A stretch of 64,000 bases of DNA from positions 21,528-85,527 of the forward strand of contig JBGCFM010000025.1 of NCBI GenBank assembly GCA_045106895.1, in the 5' to 3' direction. Shown one piece after another: positions 17,514 to 26,764 of this stretch. Each line of letters starts with the position of its first letter. The first letter of the stretch is position 1. Made by a program: the position numbers and the translations under genes. Under the pieces are notes generated by a model. It made no database searches. It was given only the letters and a program-made list of their open reading frames with translations, and was not told the origin of the DNA. Origin of the DNA: Polyangiales bacterium (GTDB lineage Bacteria; Myxococcota_A; Polyangia; Polyangiales; Houyiibacteriaceae).

Positions 17514-19472
17514 CTAAGGCGTGCGCCAGCCTTGGCCCGTCGTGTAGCGGACCGTGATAGGGCGGGCTTGAACGACCACGAAGCGGCGGTCGCCTTCCGT
17601 CAGCAAAAACTCCACGTCCACGGCGTTGGCTCCGCCTACATAGGTCGGAACGAGACGGTCGTTCAGGTTCTTGAGCAGTTCTCCCGCCGCCTCCAGATCG
17701 GCCGTCTCCAGAATCGCCTGGCCGTTTGTGCGCGTGCTTCGGCTGAGTACGTGAAACTCGTAGGTGGGTGTCCACGTGTAGATGAGGATCTCTTCGGGGA
17801 GCTCGTCGCTGCCTGCGCCGGTCACGCTGCCTCCTTGCGTCTGCACGTTGAGGTAGACGGCGGGCCGGGCTTCGTCGAAGGGGTTCCGAGTAATCGCGAC
17901 GCCGTTGCCGACGACGTTCTCCACGAAGGGCTGAATCAAGACGGCCATCTTGACGGCGAGTTGGTCGATGCGAAACCACTGCCGCTCTTCGAACGCGCGC
18001 TGGAGCCAGACGGAGGCCCAGACTTCGCGAAGTGCCGCCTCGATCTCGCGGAGCGACGAAGCCGAATCGACGACGACGGAGCTGTAGAGGCCCGCGCCGT
18101 TGAAGCCGACAAGGTCCTCGGCGTTGGTGCTCGAGCGAAAGATCCATCGACGGTCCGGCGCTTGCTCACGCATGCGCGCGCGAATGGAGCGCAAGAGGCG
18201 CGGCGGAACCCGGCGCTCGCTGATCTGTGTGCGCAGCCGCTCGAGCGTCTGCTCGCGGACCCGCGCGTCCTGCTGAAACGCATCGTCGGCGAGGGCCAGG
18301 CCGAGTGCTCGTGCCGCACCGCTGCGCCGAAGTTGCTCGTCGTAGTGCGCGAATGGGACCACGAAACCTCCCGGCGTTTCGACGTCGTCCATCGCGCAGA
18401 CAACGCCTAGCTGGGAGGCCTTGGCACCAGCGCGCGGCGTATCGTCCCCTTGCAGGGAGCACACCTCAAGGAGGCCGCTCTCGCTCAGGTCGAAGGTCGG
18501 GCTAAATCCCTCGGAGGGACGACGGCTCGCCCAATGAGCCTCCGCCTCGGCGAGCTCGACCTCTTCGATGGAGAAGTCCTGAGGTCCGACGACCACGCGA
18601 ACTAGTTTGCCGTCGAAGGCCGTGAGCCGCTCGTCTTCGGCGGCGCCTCGAAGCGCCATGTCCGGAGTATTACGATTTCGGCTCAAGACAGCGACGTGCG
18701 CGAGTGGCGCCTGCAGCCGGCCGGTAATGAGCCCGCTGACGGGCGGCAGTTCGTTGGGCACGTGGTCGGTGACGAGGATGTCGCTCGGCCGAACCGAGGC
18801 GAGATCGAGCGCCCCATGCGTGATGCGAAGGTAACCGATGGCGACGCCCGGTACCGGGGCCTGGTAGCGGACGTCGGACATGAGGACTTGGCCGTCGATG
18901 ACGGGCAGACGAGCGCCGAGCTCCGCCGCGCGCTCCTCGTGAAGTGGCGAGAGCGTGCGAAACTGGAGCGCGTCGCCGAAGAACACACGCGTCCGGATGA
19001 GCTCAAAGGCACGCATGAGGCGTTCTGAGTCGAGCTGATCACCCGCGACAAGTTCGAAGGTCCAGTGGTCTCCGTCCAAGTAGTGAACGAGGGAGAGCAA
19101 GATGTAGTCGCGCTCCGGCGAGCGGTATTGTCGAATGTTGAACTGCCCGTGGTCTACGCTCGCGTCGAGCATGTGTTTCACGAAGCCGAAGTGAAGTTCG
19201 AAGCGAGCGGACTGAATGAAGTAGGGACGCCAGTCATCCTCGAGGTCGATGACGACTTTCACCACCTCCGTTCGAGACGCGCCTTGGTACTCGGGGCGAT
19301 AGGCCAGGGCGCGCCAAGCGTCGGCAGAGCGGACCGCCGGCAGAGCGTTGGGCGAGTCGGCGTCCGCTGGCATTTCGGGCGGCGGTGGCGGCGGTGGGGC
19401 CACGATCGCAGGGCCACACCCCCACAAGGCGATGGTGGCGAAGACAAAGAGAAAGCGTCGAGACCTCAGCAC
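17514..19472 (-). CDS. Lipoprotein with phosphohistidine-like swivel domain and PEP-synthase/PPDK-type nucleotide-binding domain
   Basis: Lipobox ALWGC and poly-Pro linker; QAPLAHVAVLSRNRNTP; then GAKASQL, FRSSTNAED, GAGLY, VWAS, MAVLIQ, DVEF and VQARP. Confidence 0.8.
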   Translation of the reverse strand: MLRSRRFLFVFATIALWGCGPAIVAPPPPPPPEMPADADSPNALPAVRSADAWRALAYRPEYQGASRTEVVKVVIDLEDDWRPYFIQSARFELHFGFVKHMLDASVDHGQFNIRQYRSPERDYILLSLVHYLDGDHWTFELVAGDQLDSERLMRAFELIRTRVFFGDALQFRTLSPLHEERAAELGARLPVIDGQVLMSDVRYQAPVPGVAIGYLRITHGALDLASVRPSDILVTDHVPNELPPVSGLITGRLQAPLAHVAVLSRNRNTPDMALRGAAEDERLTAFDGKLVRVVVGPQDFSIEEVELAEAEAHWASRRPSEGFSPTFDLSESGLLEVCSLQGDDTPRAGAKASQLGVVCAMDDVETPGGFVVPFAHYDEQLRRSGAARALGLALADDAFQQDARVREQTLERLRTQISERRVPPRLLRSIRARMREQAPDRRWIFRSSTNAEDLVGFNGAGLYSSVVVDSASSLREIEAALREVWASVWLQRAFEERQWFRIDQLAVKMAVLIQPFVENVVGNGVAITRNPFDEARPAVYLNVQTQGGSVTGAGSDELPEEILIYTWTPTYEFHVLSRSTRTNGQAILETADLEAAGELLKNLNDRLVPTYVGGANAVDVEFLLTEGDRRFVVVQARPITVRYTTGQGWRTP

Positions 19473-19508
19473 CTCGGCAGCATACCAGGTGCCGTCGCGC
19501 TTCGATGA

Positions 19509-21017
19509 CTAGCCAGAAAGGAGGTTGGTGAGGGCGCGGGAGAGACGTTGAGCGTCCCAAGGTTTTTCAAGGAAGCCGCCGACGCCGAGATCGAGGATCT
19601 CTTGGGCTTCTTCGTTGAGCGCGTACCCCGTTGTCAGGAGCACCGGGACATCTGCACGAATGGCTCTCATGGCTTGATAGGTGGCTTTGCCGTTCATGCC
19701 GGGCATGGTCATGTCGAGGATAACGGCGTCGATCTTGTCTGGGTCCTCGCGGAAGATTCGTAGCGCTTCTGCGCCGCCCTCGGCCGCGATGGTGGCGTAG
19801 CCAAGCTGCTGCAAAACATAGACGGCGGCCTCACGGAGCACATACTCATCGTCGACAACCAGGACCGTGCCCTCGCCGCCCTGCAGCGCCTCGGGGCCGT
19901 GCTGCGATGGAGGGACGTACGTCTGATCTGTGGCGGGGATTCGCAAACGGAAGAGCGCTCCCTTGGCCCCATCGGTGACCTCGACGGTACCACCATGGCT
20001 CTCGGCGACCCCGCGAACCAACGCGAGTCCGAGGCCTGCGCTGGCGTGCCGCTCCGGCCCCTTCGTGCTGAAGAAGGGTTTGAAGATATGTTCTTGGAGG
20101 TCTTTGGGAACGCCTGGTCCTTCGTCTTCGACTTCGACTACGACGTATTCACCCTCATCACGGGTGCGGACTTGAATGCGACCACCTCCCGGACTCATCG
20201 AGTCGCGCGCGTTGAGCACCAAGTTCATCACCGCTCGCTCAAGGCGCGAGCGGTCGCCGAGCACGGCCTGCTTCGACATGCAGGAGACTTCCACAACGGT
20301 GTTCTTGCGGAGCCCATGGCGTACGAGCGTCGTCACGGCGCTTACGGCGTCCGCAAGACTTGTCGCTTGCGCGAGGTTCTTGCCCCGTCCGGTGAACGTA
20401 AGAAGAGACTCCGCGAGCTCCGAGGCGGTCTTGACCACATCCTGGATCGAACGAGCGTGTTTGGTGCGAAGAGGATCTGACTCTCCGTTTTCGAGAGCGC
20501 TCGCGAGCAGTGAGATGGCGCCGAGCAGGTTGTTAAAGTCGTGCGCGACTCCGCCAGCGAGGGTGCCAAGGCTCTCCATGGCATGCGCCTCTCGAACGCG
20601 CGATTCGGCTTCTCGGCGAGCGGTCTCTGCTTCGACTTCTCGGGTGATGTCGAAGAAAGCGATAGAGATGTGGGAGATGCTGCCTTCGTCGAAGACCGGC
20701 CGCGCATAGGCTCGAATGTTGACCTTTTTGCCGTCTCGGCGGTGGATGACGATGTCATCGACCATCTCCGTTTCGCCCGAGCGGAGCGCCAGCACGAAGG
20801 GCATCCTGTCCTCGGGATAAAGCTCACCGCTCAGATCATGAATGGCGTAGGGCTCCGCGAAGTCGCCCCGTTCGACCTCGGCGAGCCCGGGCATGCCCAT
20901 GATCGTTCGAAAGCGCTCGTTGGCGTAGACGAACTCGCCACCCGGAGCGCGCGCGATCCACACGCCCACGGGGAGACCGTCTCCGATCCCGCGAATGATC
21001 TCGTCATTAGATATCAC
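19509..21017 (-). CDS. Hybrid sensor histidine kinase (PAS-HisKA-HATPase-REC)
   Basis: AHDFNNLL, NLVLNARD, DEGPG, PFFSTK and GLGL; receiver VVDDE...LDMTMP...KP. Confidence 0.93.
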   Translation of the reverse strand: MISNDEIIRGIGDGLPVGVWIARAPGGEFVYANERFRTIMGMPGLAEVERGDFAEPYAIHDLSGELYPEDRMPFVLALRSGETEMVDDIVIHRRDGKKVNIRAYARPVFDEGSISHISIAFFDITREVEAETARREAESRVREAHAMESLGTLAGGVAHDFNNLLGAISLLASALENGESDPLRTKHARSIQDVVKTASELAESLLTFTGRGKNLAQATSLADAVSAVTTLVRHGLRKNTVVEVSCMSKQAVLGDRSRLERAVMNLVLNARDSMSPGGGRIQVRTRDEGEYVVVEVEDEGPGVPKDLQEHIFKPFFSTKGPERHASAGLGLALVRGVAESHGGTVEVTDGAKGALFRLRIPATDQTYVPPSQHGPEALQGGEGTVLVVDDEYVLREAAVYVLQQLGYATIAAEGGAEALRIFREDPDKIDAVILDMTMPGMNGKATYQAMRAIRADVPVLLTTGYALNEEAQEILDLGVGGFLEKPWDAQRLSRALTNLLSG

Positions 21018-21093
21018 CCGGCGAGTGTACAGTTTTGTCGTCTTCGCCGCGACGGATGTGCGGCGGGTCAGGTTTTCCGATAAGTAGAGGGAG

Positions 21094-21609
21094 ATGCGCA
21101 GCTGGCCTCAACTTCTGTGCTCTTGTCTTCTCCTCGTCGCCGCCGCGTGTGGGAACTCTCAGCCGCGTCTCCACAGCGAGACGGTGCCCCGCCTGGTGGA
21201 GCGTTGGGAGTCCGGTAGGGAAACGCGCGAGCTCGTCGACGCGCGACGTGGGTTGCTTGTCCTGCGCTATTGCGCAGGCGAAGGCAGGAGCTGTGAGCAC
21301 AGCACGTACAGGCACTGTGGCGAGTCACTCCGGCGAGCGACGTCCGTGCTTTGGGAAGATCTCGAGATGCGGAAGAACTACCTGGAGCGTGAGCATATCT
21401 ATGAGTGCGGAGTGAGCGAGTGCCGTCACGCGCCGATGATGGAAGACGACTACGAAGCTACGCTCCGCTTCGACACGAGCGTCGTGCCGCCGGTGCTCAT
21501 CGAAGTGCTCCATGTTGAAGGCGCAGGTGCGTCCCGTGAAGACATCACCCTCTGGGCCGACACAGAGCGTGCGTCGCATCTCACAGGCTGCGCAGAAAGA
21601 AGTAGCTGA
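21094..21609 (+). CDS. Hypothetical lipoprotein
   Basis: Lipobox VAAAC, SD-like GGGAG, several Cys; ends 3 nt before arfB. Confidence 0.6.
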   Translation: MRSWPQLLCSCLLLVAAACGNSQPRLHSETVPRLVERWESGRETRELVDARRGLLVLRYCAGEGRSCEHSTYRHCGESLRRATSVLWEDLEMRKNYLEREHIYECGVSECRHAPMMEDDYEATLRFDTSVVPPVLIEVLHVEGAGASREDITLWADTERASHLTGCAERSS

Positions 21610-21612
21610 GCG

Positions 21613-22032
21613 ATGGAAGACCTCAACGTGAATCACTGGCTCACGATCCCAGGGAAAGACCTCGACTGGCATGCGGCTCGCAGTGGTGGCCCCGGTGGCC
21701 AGAACGTGAACAAGGTGAACACCAAGGTGGACCTTCGTTTCGATCTGGAAGGAAGCGCCCTCGCGCCCGCTGTCAAAGCGCGCTTACGCCGCCTCGCCCA
21801 GACACGATTGGACGCTCAGGGACGAATCGCCATCACCGCATCGGCCTCTCGATCGCAGAGCGGAAACCTCCGTGACGCACGTGAGCGGCTCCGCCAGCTG
21901 GTTCTGAAAGCCCTTGAGCGACCCAAGTCGCGAAAGAAAACCAAGCCGACACGCGGCTCTCAGCGCCGGCGGCTCAAAGCCAAGAGTCTCCGCTCGGACA
22001 CCAAGAAGCAGCGCGGAAAGGTCGACTACTGA
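21613..22032 (+). CDS. arfB: Ribosome rescue peptidyl-tRNA hydrolase ArfB
   Basis: RSGGPGGQNVNK (GGQ), RSQ..N and basic tail KTKPTRGSQRRRL. Confidence 0.95.
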   Translation: MEDLNVNHWLTIPGKDLDWHAARSGGPGGQNVNKVNTKVDLRFDLEGSALAPAVKARLRRLAQTRLDAQGRIAITASASRSQSGNLRDARERLRQLVLKALERPKSRKKTKPTRGSQRRRLKAKSLRSDTKKQRGKVDY

Positions 22033-22096
22033 CAAGTTTCCCCGGTCTTGCGCCGATTGGTCTTGATTCCATCACCGACCCGGAGGATGTTGGGCC

Positions 22097-22609
22097 ATGG
22101 GCGACGCAAAAAACATCGATGGCGAGAATCTGACGGTCACGGGACGACACTCCGAGATCCCTAAACCTCATGTCCAGATCGACGAAAAAGACGACGGCGT
22201 CATCATTGTCGTGAGCCAGGCGTATGGCCCGGGCGGAGACAGTCTCGTTGGCATCAGTGACGTCACCTTCGACGGGTACCCCGCCGTCACCATCGGCATT
22301 CGTTTGCCCGACGGTCGCGAAGGGCAGGTTCACCTGAGCCCCCTCCACGGCGACGCGCGTAAGGACGGGCTCACGGACATCGCGCCGGGAACGAAGTGCG
22401 AGCTGTTCTGCCCCGTGTCGAAAAAGCCCCTCGACGGCCTCGGCCAGGTCGAAGACGGAAGCGGCGCGACCTACCACGCCATCTACCTCACGGACAAGCT
22501 CGAGAAGGGCGCCGTGGTGATGCTCTCGGACATCTGGGGTCACTTCCATTCGCGCATCATCGATGACATGGAACTGCTCTCGTACTGGGCTGTCGCTCAG
22601 GGCGAGTAG
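22097..22609 (+). CDS. Hypothetical protein
   Basis: 170 aa, strong GC3 coding bias, SD GGAGG; motifs HLSPLHG, CELFCP and WGHFHS. Confidence 0.7.
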   Translation: MGDAKNIDGENLTVTGRHSEIPKPHVQIDEKDDGVIIVVSQAYGPGGDSLVGISDVTFDGYPAVTIGIRLPDGREGQVHLSPLHGDARKDGLTDIAPGTKCELFCPVSKKPLDGLGQVEDGSGATYHAIYLTDKLEKGAVVMLSDIWGHFHSRIIDDMELLSYWAVAQGE

Positions 22610-22630
22610 TCCTTCTCGGATTCACTAGCG

Positions 22631-23278
22631 ATGCCGACGTCGTATGACGCCGTCCTCTACGACCTCGACGGAACACTCCTCGATTCGTTTGGACTGATCC
22701 TCGAGAGCTTTCGCCACACGCGCCGTGTGCACTTTGGTGACGCGATCGACGATTCTATTTTCCGAAATGGAATCGGGACCCCGCTGCGTGCGCAGCTTGG
22801 CACGATGGCTCGCAGCGATGCTGAGCTTGAGGCGATGGTCACGACGTATGTGACGCACAACCTAGAGCACCACGACAGCCTCGTCGCCGCCTACGATGGC
22901 GCGGTGGAAAGTGTAGAAGCGTTTCGCGCCGCCGGCATCAAGCTCGCCCTCGTCACAAGCAAGATGCGACGAGGAGCCCAGATGGGCCTTCGTTTCCTGG
23001 GTCTCATGGACGCCTTCCAGGTGCAGGTCTGCGCCGACGATGTTGTCCGCGGGAAACCAGATCCCGAGCCCGTTCGTTTGGCGCTCAGTCAGCTTGGGGT
23101 CGCCCCAGAGCGCGCCGCCTTCGTCGGCGATTCACCACACGATATCTTGAGTGGCAATGCGGCGGGCGTGACCACCGTGGCGGCTTCTTGGGGGCCTTTC
23201 CCAGAGCAGGCGCTGCGTGATTCTCAACCGAGTATCTTCGCCGCTTCTCCTATGGACGTCCTCGATAAACTGCGCTGA
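22631..23278 (+). CDS. HAD-IA hydrolase (PpaX/Gph-like phosphatase)
   Basis: DLDGTLLDS, VTSK, KPDPEP and VGDSPHD. Confidence 0.9.
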   Translation: MPTSYDAVLYDLDGTLLDSFGLILESFRHTRRVHFGDAIDDSIFRNGIGTPLRAQLGTMARSDAELEAMVTTYVTHNLEHHDSLVAAYDGAVESVEAFRAAGIKLALVTSKMRRGAQMGLRFLGLMDAFQVQVCADDVVRGKPDPEPVRLALSQLGVAPERAAFVGDSPHDILSGNAAGVTTVAASWGPFPEQALRDSQPSIFAASPMDVLDKLR

Positions 23279-23341
23279 GCTATCTCCCGAGAGCTGGGTG
23301 ATCGCTTGGGTCACTCGCCTAGTGCGGGATACACTCGCCAC

Positions 23342-25450
23342 GTGAAAGTTGGAGACAACATCGCGGGGTACGACATCGTCCGAAAGATGAAGTCCGGCGG
23401 CATGGCGACGCTGTATCTTGGGCGTCGCTCGCGCGAGGGTGGATTCGAAAAGCAGGTGGCCATCAAAGTGGTCCATGAGCACCTGACGGAGAGCGACGAA
23501 TTCACGCGTATGTTCCTCGATGAGGCGCGCATCTCCGCGAGCATTGAGCACCCCAATGTGGTTCACGTGCATGACCTAGGGACGACGGAAGCGGGGCGGA
23601 ATTTCCTGGTGATGGAGTACGTGCCGGGCATATCCCTCTCGCAGCTCATGCGAGTGTTTCGCAAACAACGAAAAGGGCCGACTCCAGCCATGGCAACGTG
23701 GATCGCGATGCAGATCGCGGCGGGTCTGCACGCGGCGCACGAGCTGACGACGGACGACGGAACATGGCTGGGCGTGGTCCACCGTGACGTGAGCCCAAAG
23801 AACGTCATCGTTGCCGACAAGGGCTATGTGAAGCTCATCGATTTTGGCATCGCGAAGGCCGCCGACCGAATCCACAAGACGAAGGCCTCACAGCTTAAGG
23901 GCACGTTTCGCTACATGTCGCCGGAGCAGGCCGCGGGCACCGTCCTCGACCGTCGCACGGACATCTACGCGCTTGGAATCATGCTGTGGGAGCTGCTCAC
24001 GCAACGAAAGCTCTTTCACGCCGCCAACGACATCGCGCTTTTGGAAGCGGTGCGGAACCCACAGGTTGTTCCGCCCAGCACCATCGCGCCTGATATCCCA
24101 CCTGACCTGGACGCCATCATTATGAAGGCCCTGGCGCGTGACCCCGCACAACGTCCCCCGACGATGGCTACGTTTCGAGCGGAGCTGTCGAAGGCGGTCC
24201 CTGATGCGCTCGCGCTGACACAGGACGACGTCGCAAAGTTCATTGAAGACGTCGCGAAGAGCCAGGCGGAGGAAGAGCCGTCGGTTCACTCCGCCATGGG
24301 CGCGCCGAAACGTGGAGACGCCACGACGGAGCGTTTTCGGCGCGCGGCTCCGGTTTCGGCGCCACCGGTTTGGGGAGCCCTGGATCGAGATGACGAGGAA
24401 GACGAGGCGACGAATATCCGCCTTGAAGATGACGACCTGCTGCCGGGCTCGGCATCCGCCGCCGCGAAACCTGTTCCTCCTGCTCCGAAGTTGATCGCGC
24501 AGGAACATGCTGAGACAAACGTCGCTCTCCCGCCGAAACCCGATGCTCTTCAGACAGAGCGCGCCAACTCCGCGAGCAAGCTCCCCGTCGAGTTCGACAT
24601 GGTGGAAGCCGCCGACATCGAGGTCGACCTACCGCCGTCGCCATCCACATCCACATCCACATCGCCAGCGCACCCATATCGGCAGGAACTACCAGCGGGC
24701 CCTTCCGTACTGGTCGAGGACAAGTTCTTCGAACGCCTCCCCTTCGCGTTCGTCGCCCCGCTGCTCGGAAAGGCGTGGGCGCTTCTACTCTTCAGCGCCC
24801 TTGTCCCCGCCTGTGCCGCCGTGCTCCTCACCCTCGACGTCGGCCTCGTCCTTCGCGTGAGTTTCGCCGTGCCGATGTTTCTCTTTTCGATCGGTCTGCT
24901 CACGGAGATCTTCTCCCGGCTTGCCCAAGAAGGCGCCGACAACGATGTCGGGGTACCTTCGCCGACACTCGGTGACACGGAACTCCAGACGGTGCTCGGC
25001 GCAGGGATGGCGACGCTCTTTATTGTCGCGCTGCTTTTTGTGTTCCCCGCGTACCTTTTCATCGCGCAGTACATCGGCGTGGTGACCTTTACGGTGCTCT
25101 CTTTCTTGCCCTACGTCTATTGGCCGATGGCGTTTACGGTCCAGGGCATCACCGGGGATATCGTCGCTGGCCTCGATGTCGTCTTGGTGTTTCGCACGAT
25201 GCTCAGAGCGCCGGTGAAGTACTTCGTCGTCGTCGCCCTTGGGTTCGGTCTGACCGTTGCTCTCTCCATCGCTGTCGGCGTCGTCAGCGGAATGCTCCTC
25301 GCAACTGTCGGCCCATCACGTTTCCTCGTGTTCGGACTCACGTTCGTATTCTTCGGCACAGTGACGTATCTCCAGGGCGTCATGGGCTACGCGATGGGTC
25401 GACTCGTCGCGACCGAAGACAAGTTGGCGGAGGCCCTCGTACGTCGTTAG
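23342..25450 (+). CDS. Ser/Thr protein kinase with polytopic C-terminal membrane domain
   Basis: GGMATLY, VAIK, HRDVSPKN, DFG and YMSPE; acidic/Pro linker; about 6 TM segments. Start GTG 23342 follows a TACACT box. Confidence 0.92.
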   Translation: MKVGDNIAGYDIVRKMKSGGMATLYLGRRSREGGFEKQVAIKVVHEHLTESDEFTRMFLDEARISASIEHPNVVHVHDLGTTEAGRNFLVMEYVPGISLSQLMRVFRKQRKGPTPAMATWIAMQIAAGLHAAHELTTDDGTWLGVVHRDVSPKNVIVADKGYVKLIDFGIAKAADRIHKTKASQLKGTFRYMSPEQAAGTVLDRRTDIYALGIMLWELLTQRKLFHAANDIALLEAVRNPQVVPPSTIAPDIPPDLDAIIMKALARDPAQRPPTMATFRAELSKAVPDALALTQDDVAKFIEDVAKSQAEEEPSVHSAMGAPKRGDATTERFRRAAPVSAPPVWGALDRDDEEDEATNIRLEDDDLLPGSASAAAKPVPPAPKLIAQEHAETNVALPPKPDALQTERANSASKLPVEFDMVEAADIEVDLPPSPSTSTSTSPAHPYRQELPAGPSVLVEDKFFERLPFAFVAPLLGKAWALLLFSALVPACAAVLLTLDVGLVLRVSFAVPMFLFSIGLLTEIFSRLAQEGADNDVGVPSPTLGDTELQTVLGAGMATLFIVALLFVFPAYLFIAQYIGVVTFTVLSFLPYVYWPMAFTVQGITGDIVAGLDVVLVFRTMLRAPVKYFVVVALGFGLTVALSIAVGVVSGMLLATVGPSRFLVFGLTFVFFGTVTYLQGVMGYAMGRLVATEDKLAEALVRR

Positions 25451-25479
25451 TCCACGCGTCGCCCGTGCTACTATCGACC

Positions 25480-25716
25480 ATGAAGTTCGTCCTTCTCGCG
25501 CTGGTCGGCGCCGCTGCGGTGTTCTTCCTAACACGTTCAGCGAAGAAACGAGGAGGAGGCCCTCAGCGTCTTTGGTCCAAGCTGCACAGCCTCACCCATG
25601 ACCAGGCGCTGGCGGAGCGGCTCGTCGCGGGAGAGATGCGTCGAAACCCAGAGCTAAGCGAAGCCCAGTGCGTGAAGAGGGCCATCTCTCAGCTCCAACG
25701 TGATCGTGGGCGTTAG
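25480..25716 (+). CDS. Small membrane-anchored hypothetical protein (78 aa)
   Basis: MKFVLLALVGAAAVFFL anchor; TACTAT box 5 nt upstream; the longer track ORF overlaps the kinase. Confidence 0.65.
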   Translation: MKFVLLALVGAAAVFFLTRSAKKRGGGPQRLWSKLHSLTHDQALAERLVAGEMRRNPELSEAQCVKRAISQLQRDRGR

Positions 25717-25804
25717 GTAGCGCGATTTGTCGTCGGACCACGAGCCGACGCGCGCTCGCGCACAGACGGCCAGAAGATGTGCGTTTACGTCGTGGTGACG
25801 ACCG

Positions 25805-26764
25805 TTAGTCACGGAGAAGCGAGCCGAGGAGCGGCTCAAGGCGTGCGATCCGCTCTTCGGGGCAGGTGGCGCCGGTGGAACGAATGACGACGCGGGAGCC
25901 GTTCTCTTCGACGACACGTAGCGCTTCTCCTTCGGCAGCCACAGCCTCAGGCGCGCCTTCGGCTCTTTGTGCTTCGAAGCTCAGCGTGGAGTCCGCGCCT
26001 GCGTAGTTGACCTGGCATACGCCGTCCTCGTCCCGAACATCCGTCCGCCGATACAGCGGACCGCAGGCGGCTTGAACATCGGTCTGGGTGAGGAGGAATG
26101 CGTCGCATCCGAATGGTTCGGGCCGGACGGCCGCCGGGGCTTCGGCGACGCGATAATAGACCAACACGTCGTCGCGTCCCTCGGAGTCTTGCAGCGGGTT
26201 TGGGTCCAAGCGCATCTCCTCGCGAACACGTCCAATGAATGGGCAGTAGGTCTCCGAATGCAGTTCCTGCGTCTCTACCGGGAACGGCTTTCCCGCTGGG
26301 TGAAGGCAGCGACGGTGAACGACGAGGCATGCATTCACGCTGAGTCCCCCAAGCTCGATTTCATCGTCAACGGCGGCGTAGCTCGCTTCGCACTGCACGT
26401 CGCCGAGGGCATACTCCCAGGTGTGATCTCGCTCCAGGGGCGTCTCAAGAAGCCGGCCGACTTCCTCGCCGGTCACATCCAAAAACGCGATGGCTTCTTC
26501 GCTGACGCGTAGGCGGAGCGGCGCCGAGCGGTCATCGCCCGCGATGACGACCAAACCGTCTTCGTTTGACGTCACCGTGCGAATCACTCGCTCATCGGCG
26601 TTGTGATATCGCCATCGGTCGCCGACGTGGACGGGGAAATACTCTAGGAGCGTCGCCGCACTGGCTTCTTCGCCGGGCTCGGGCTCTTCGCCTGGATCCG
26701 TTTGCGGCTCTGCTCCGCACTCGGAGCAGCCCATCAGGACAGCGAGGAGCCAAGCCGTTCTCAC
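25805..26764 (-). CDS. Hypothetical lipoprotein
   Basis: Lipobox VLMGC; YFPVHVGDRWRY; GTGA overlap with the topA stop. Confidence 0.7.
   Translation of the reverse strand: MRTAWLLAVLMGCSECGAEPQTDPGEEPEPGEEASAATLLEYFPVHVGDRWRYHNADERVIRTVTSNEDGLVVIAGDDRSAPLRLRVSEEAIAFLDVTGEEVGRLLETPLERDHTWEYALGDVQCEASYAAVDDEIELGGLSVNACLVVHRRCLHPAGKPFPVETQELHSETYCPFIGRVREEMRLDPNPLQDSEGRDDVLVYYRVAEAPAAVRPEPFGCDAFLLTQTDVQAACGPLYRRTDVRDEDGVCQVNYAGADSTLSFEAQRAEGAPEAVAAEGEALRVVEENGSRVVIRSTGATCPEERIARLEPLLGSLLRD

Noticed and set aside
24641..24663. ACATCC hexamer repeat
   Set aside because: In-frame Ser/Thr linker of the kinase.
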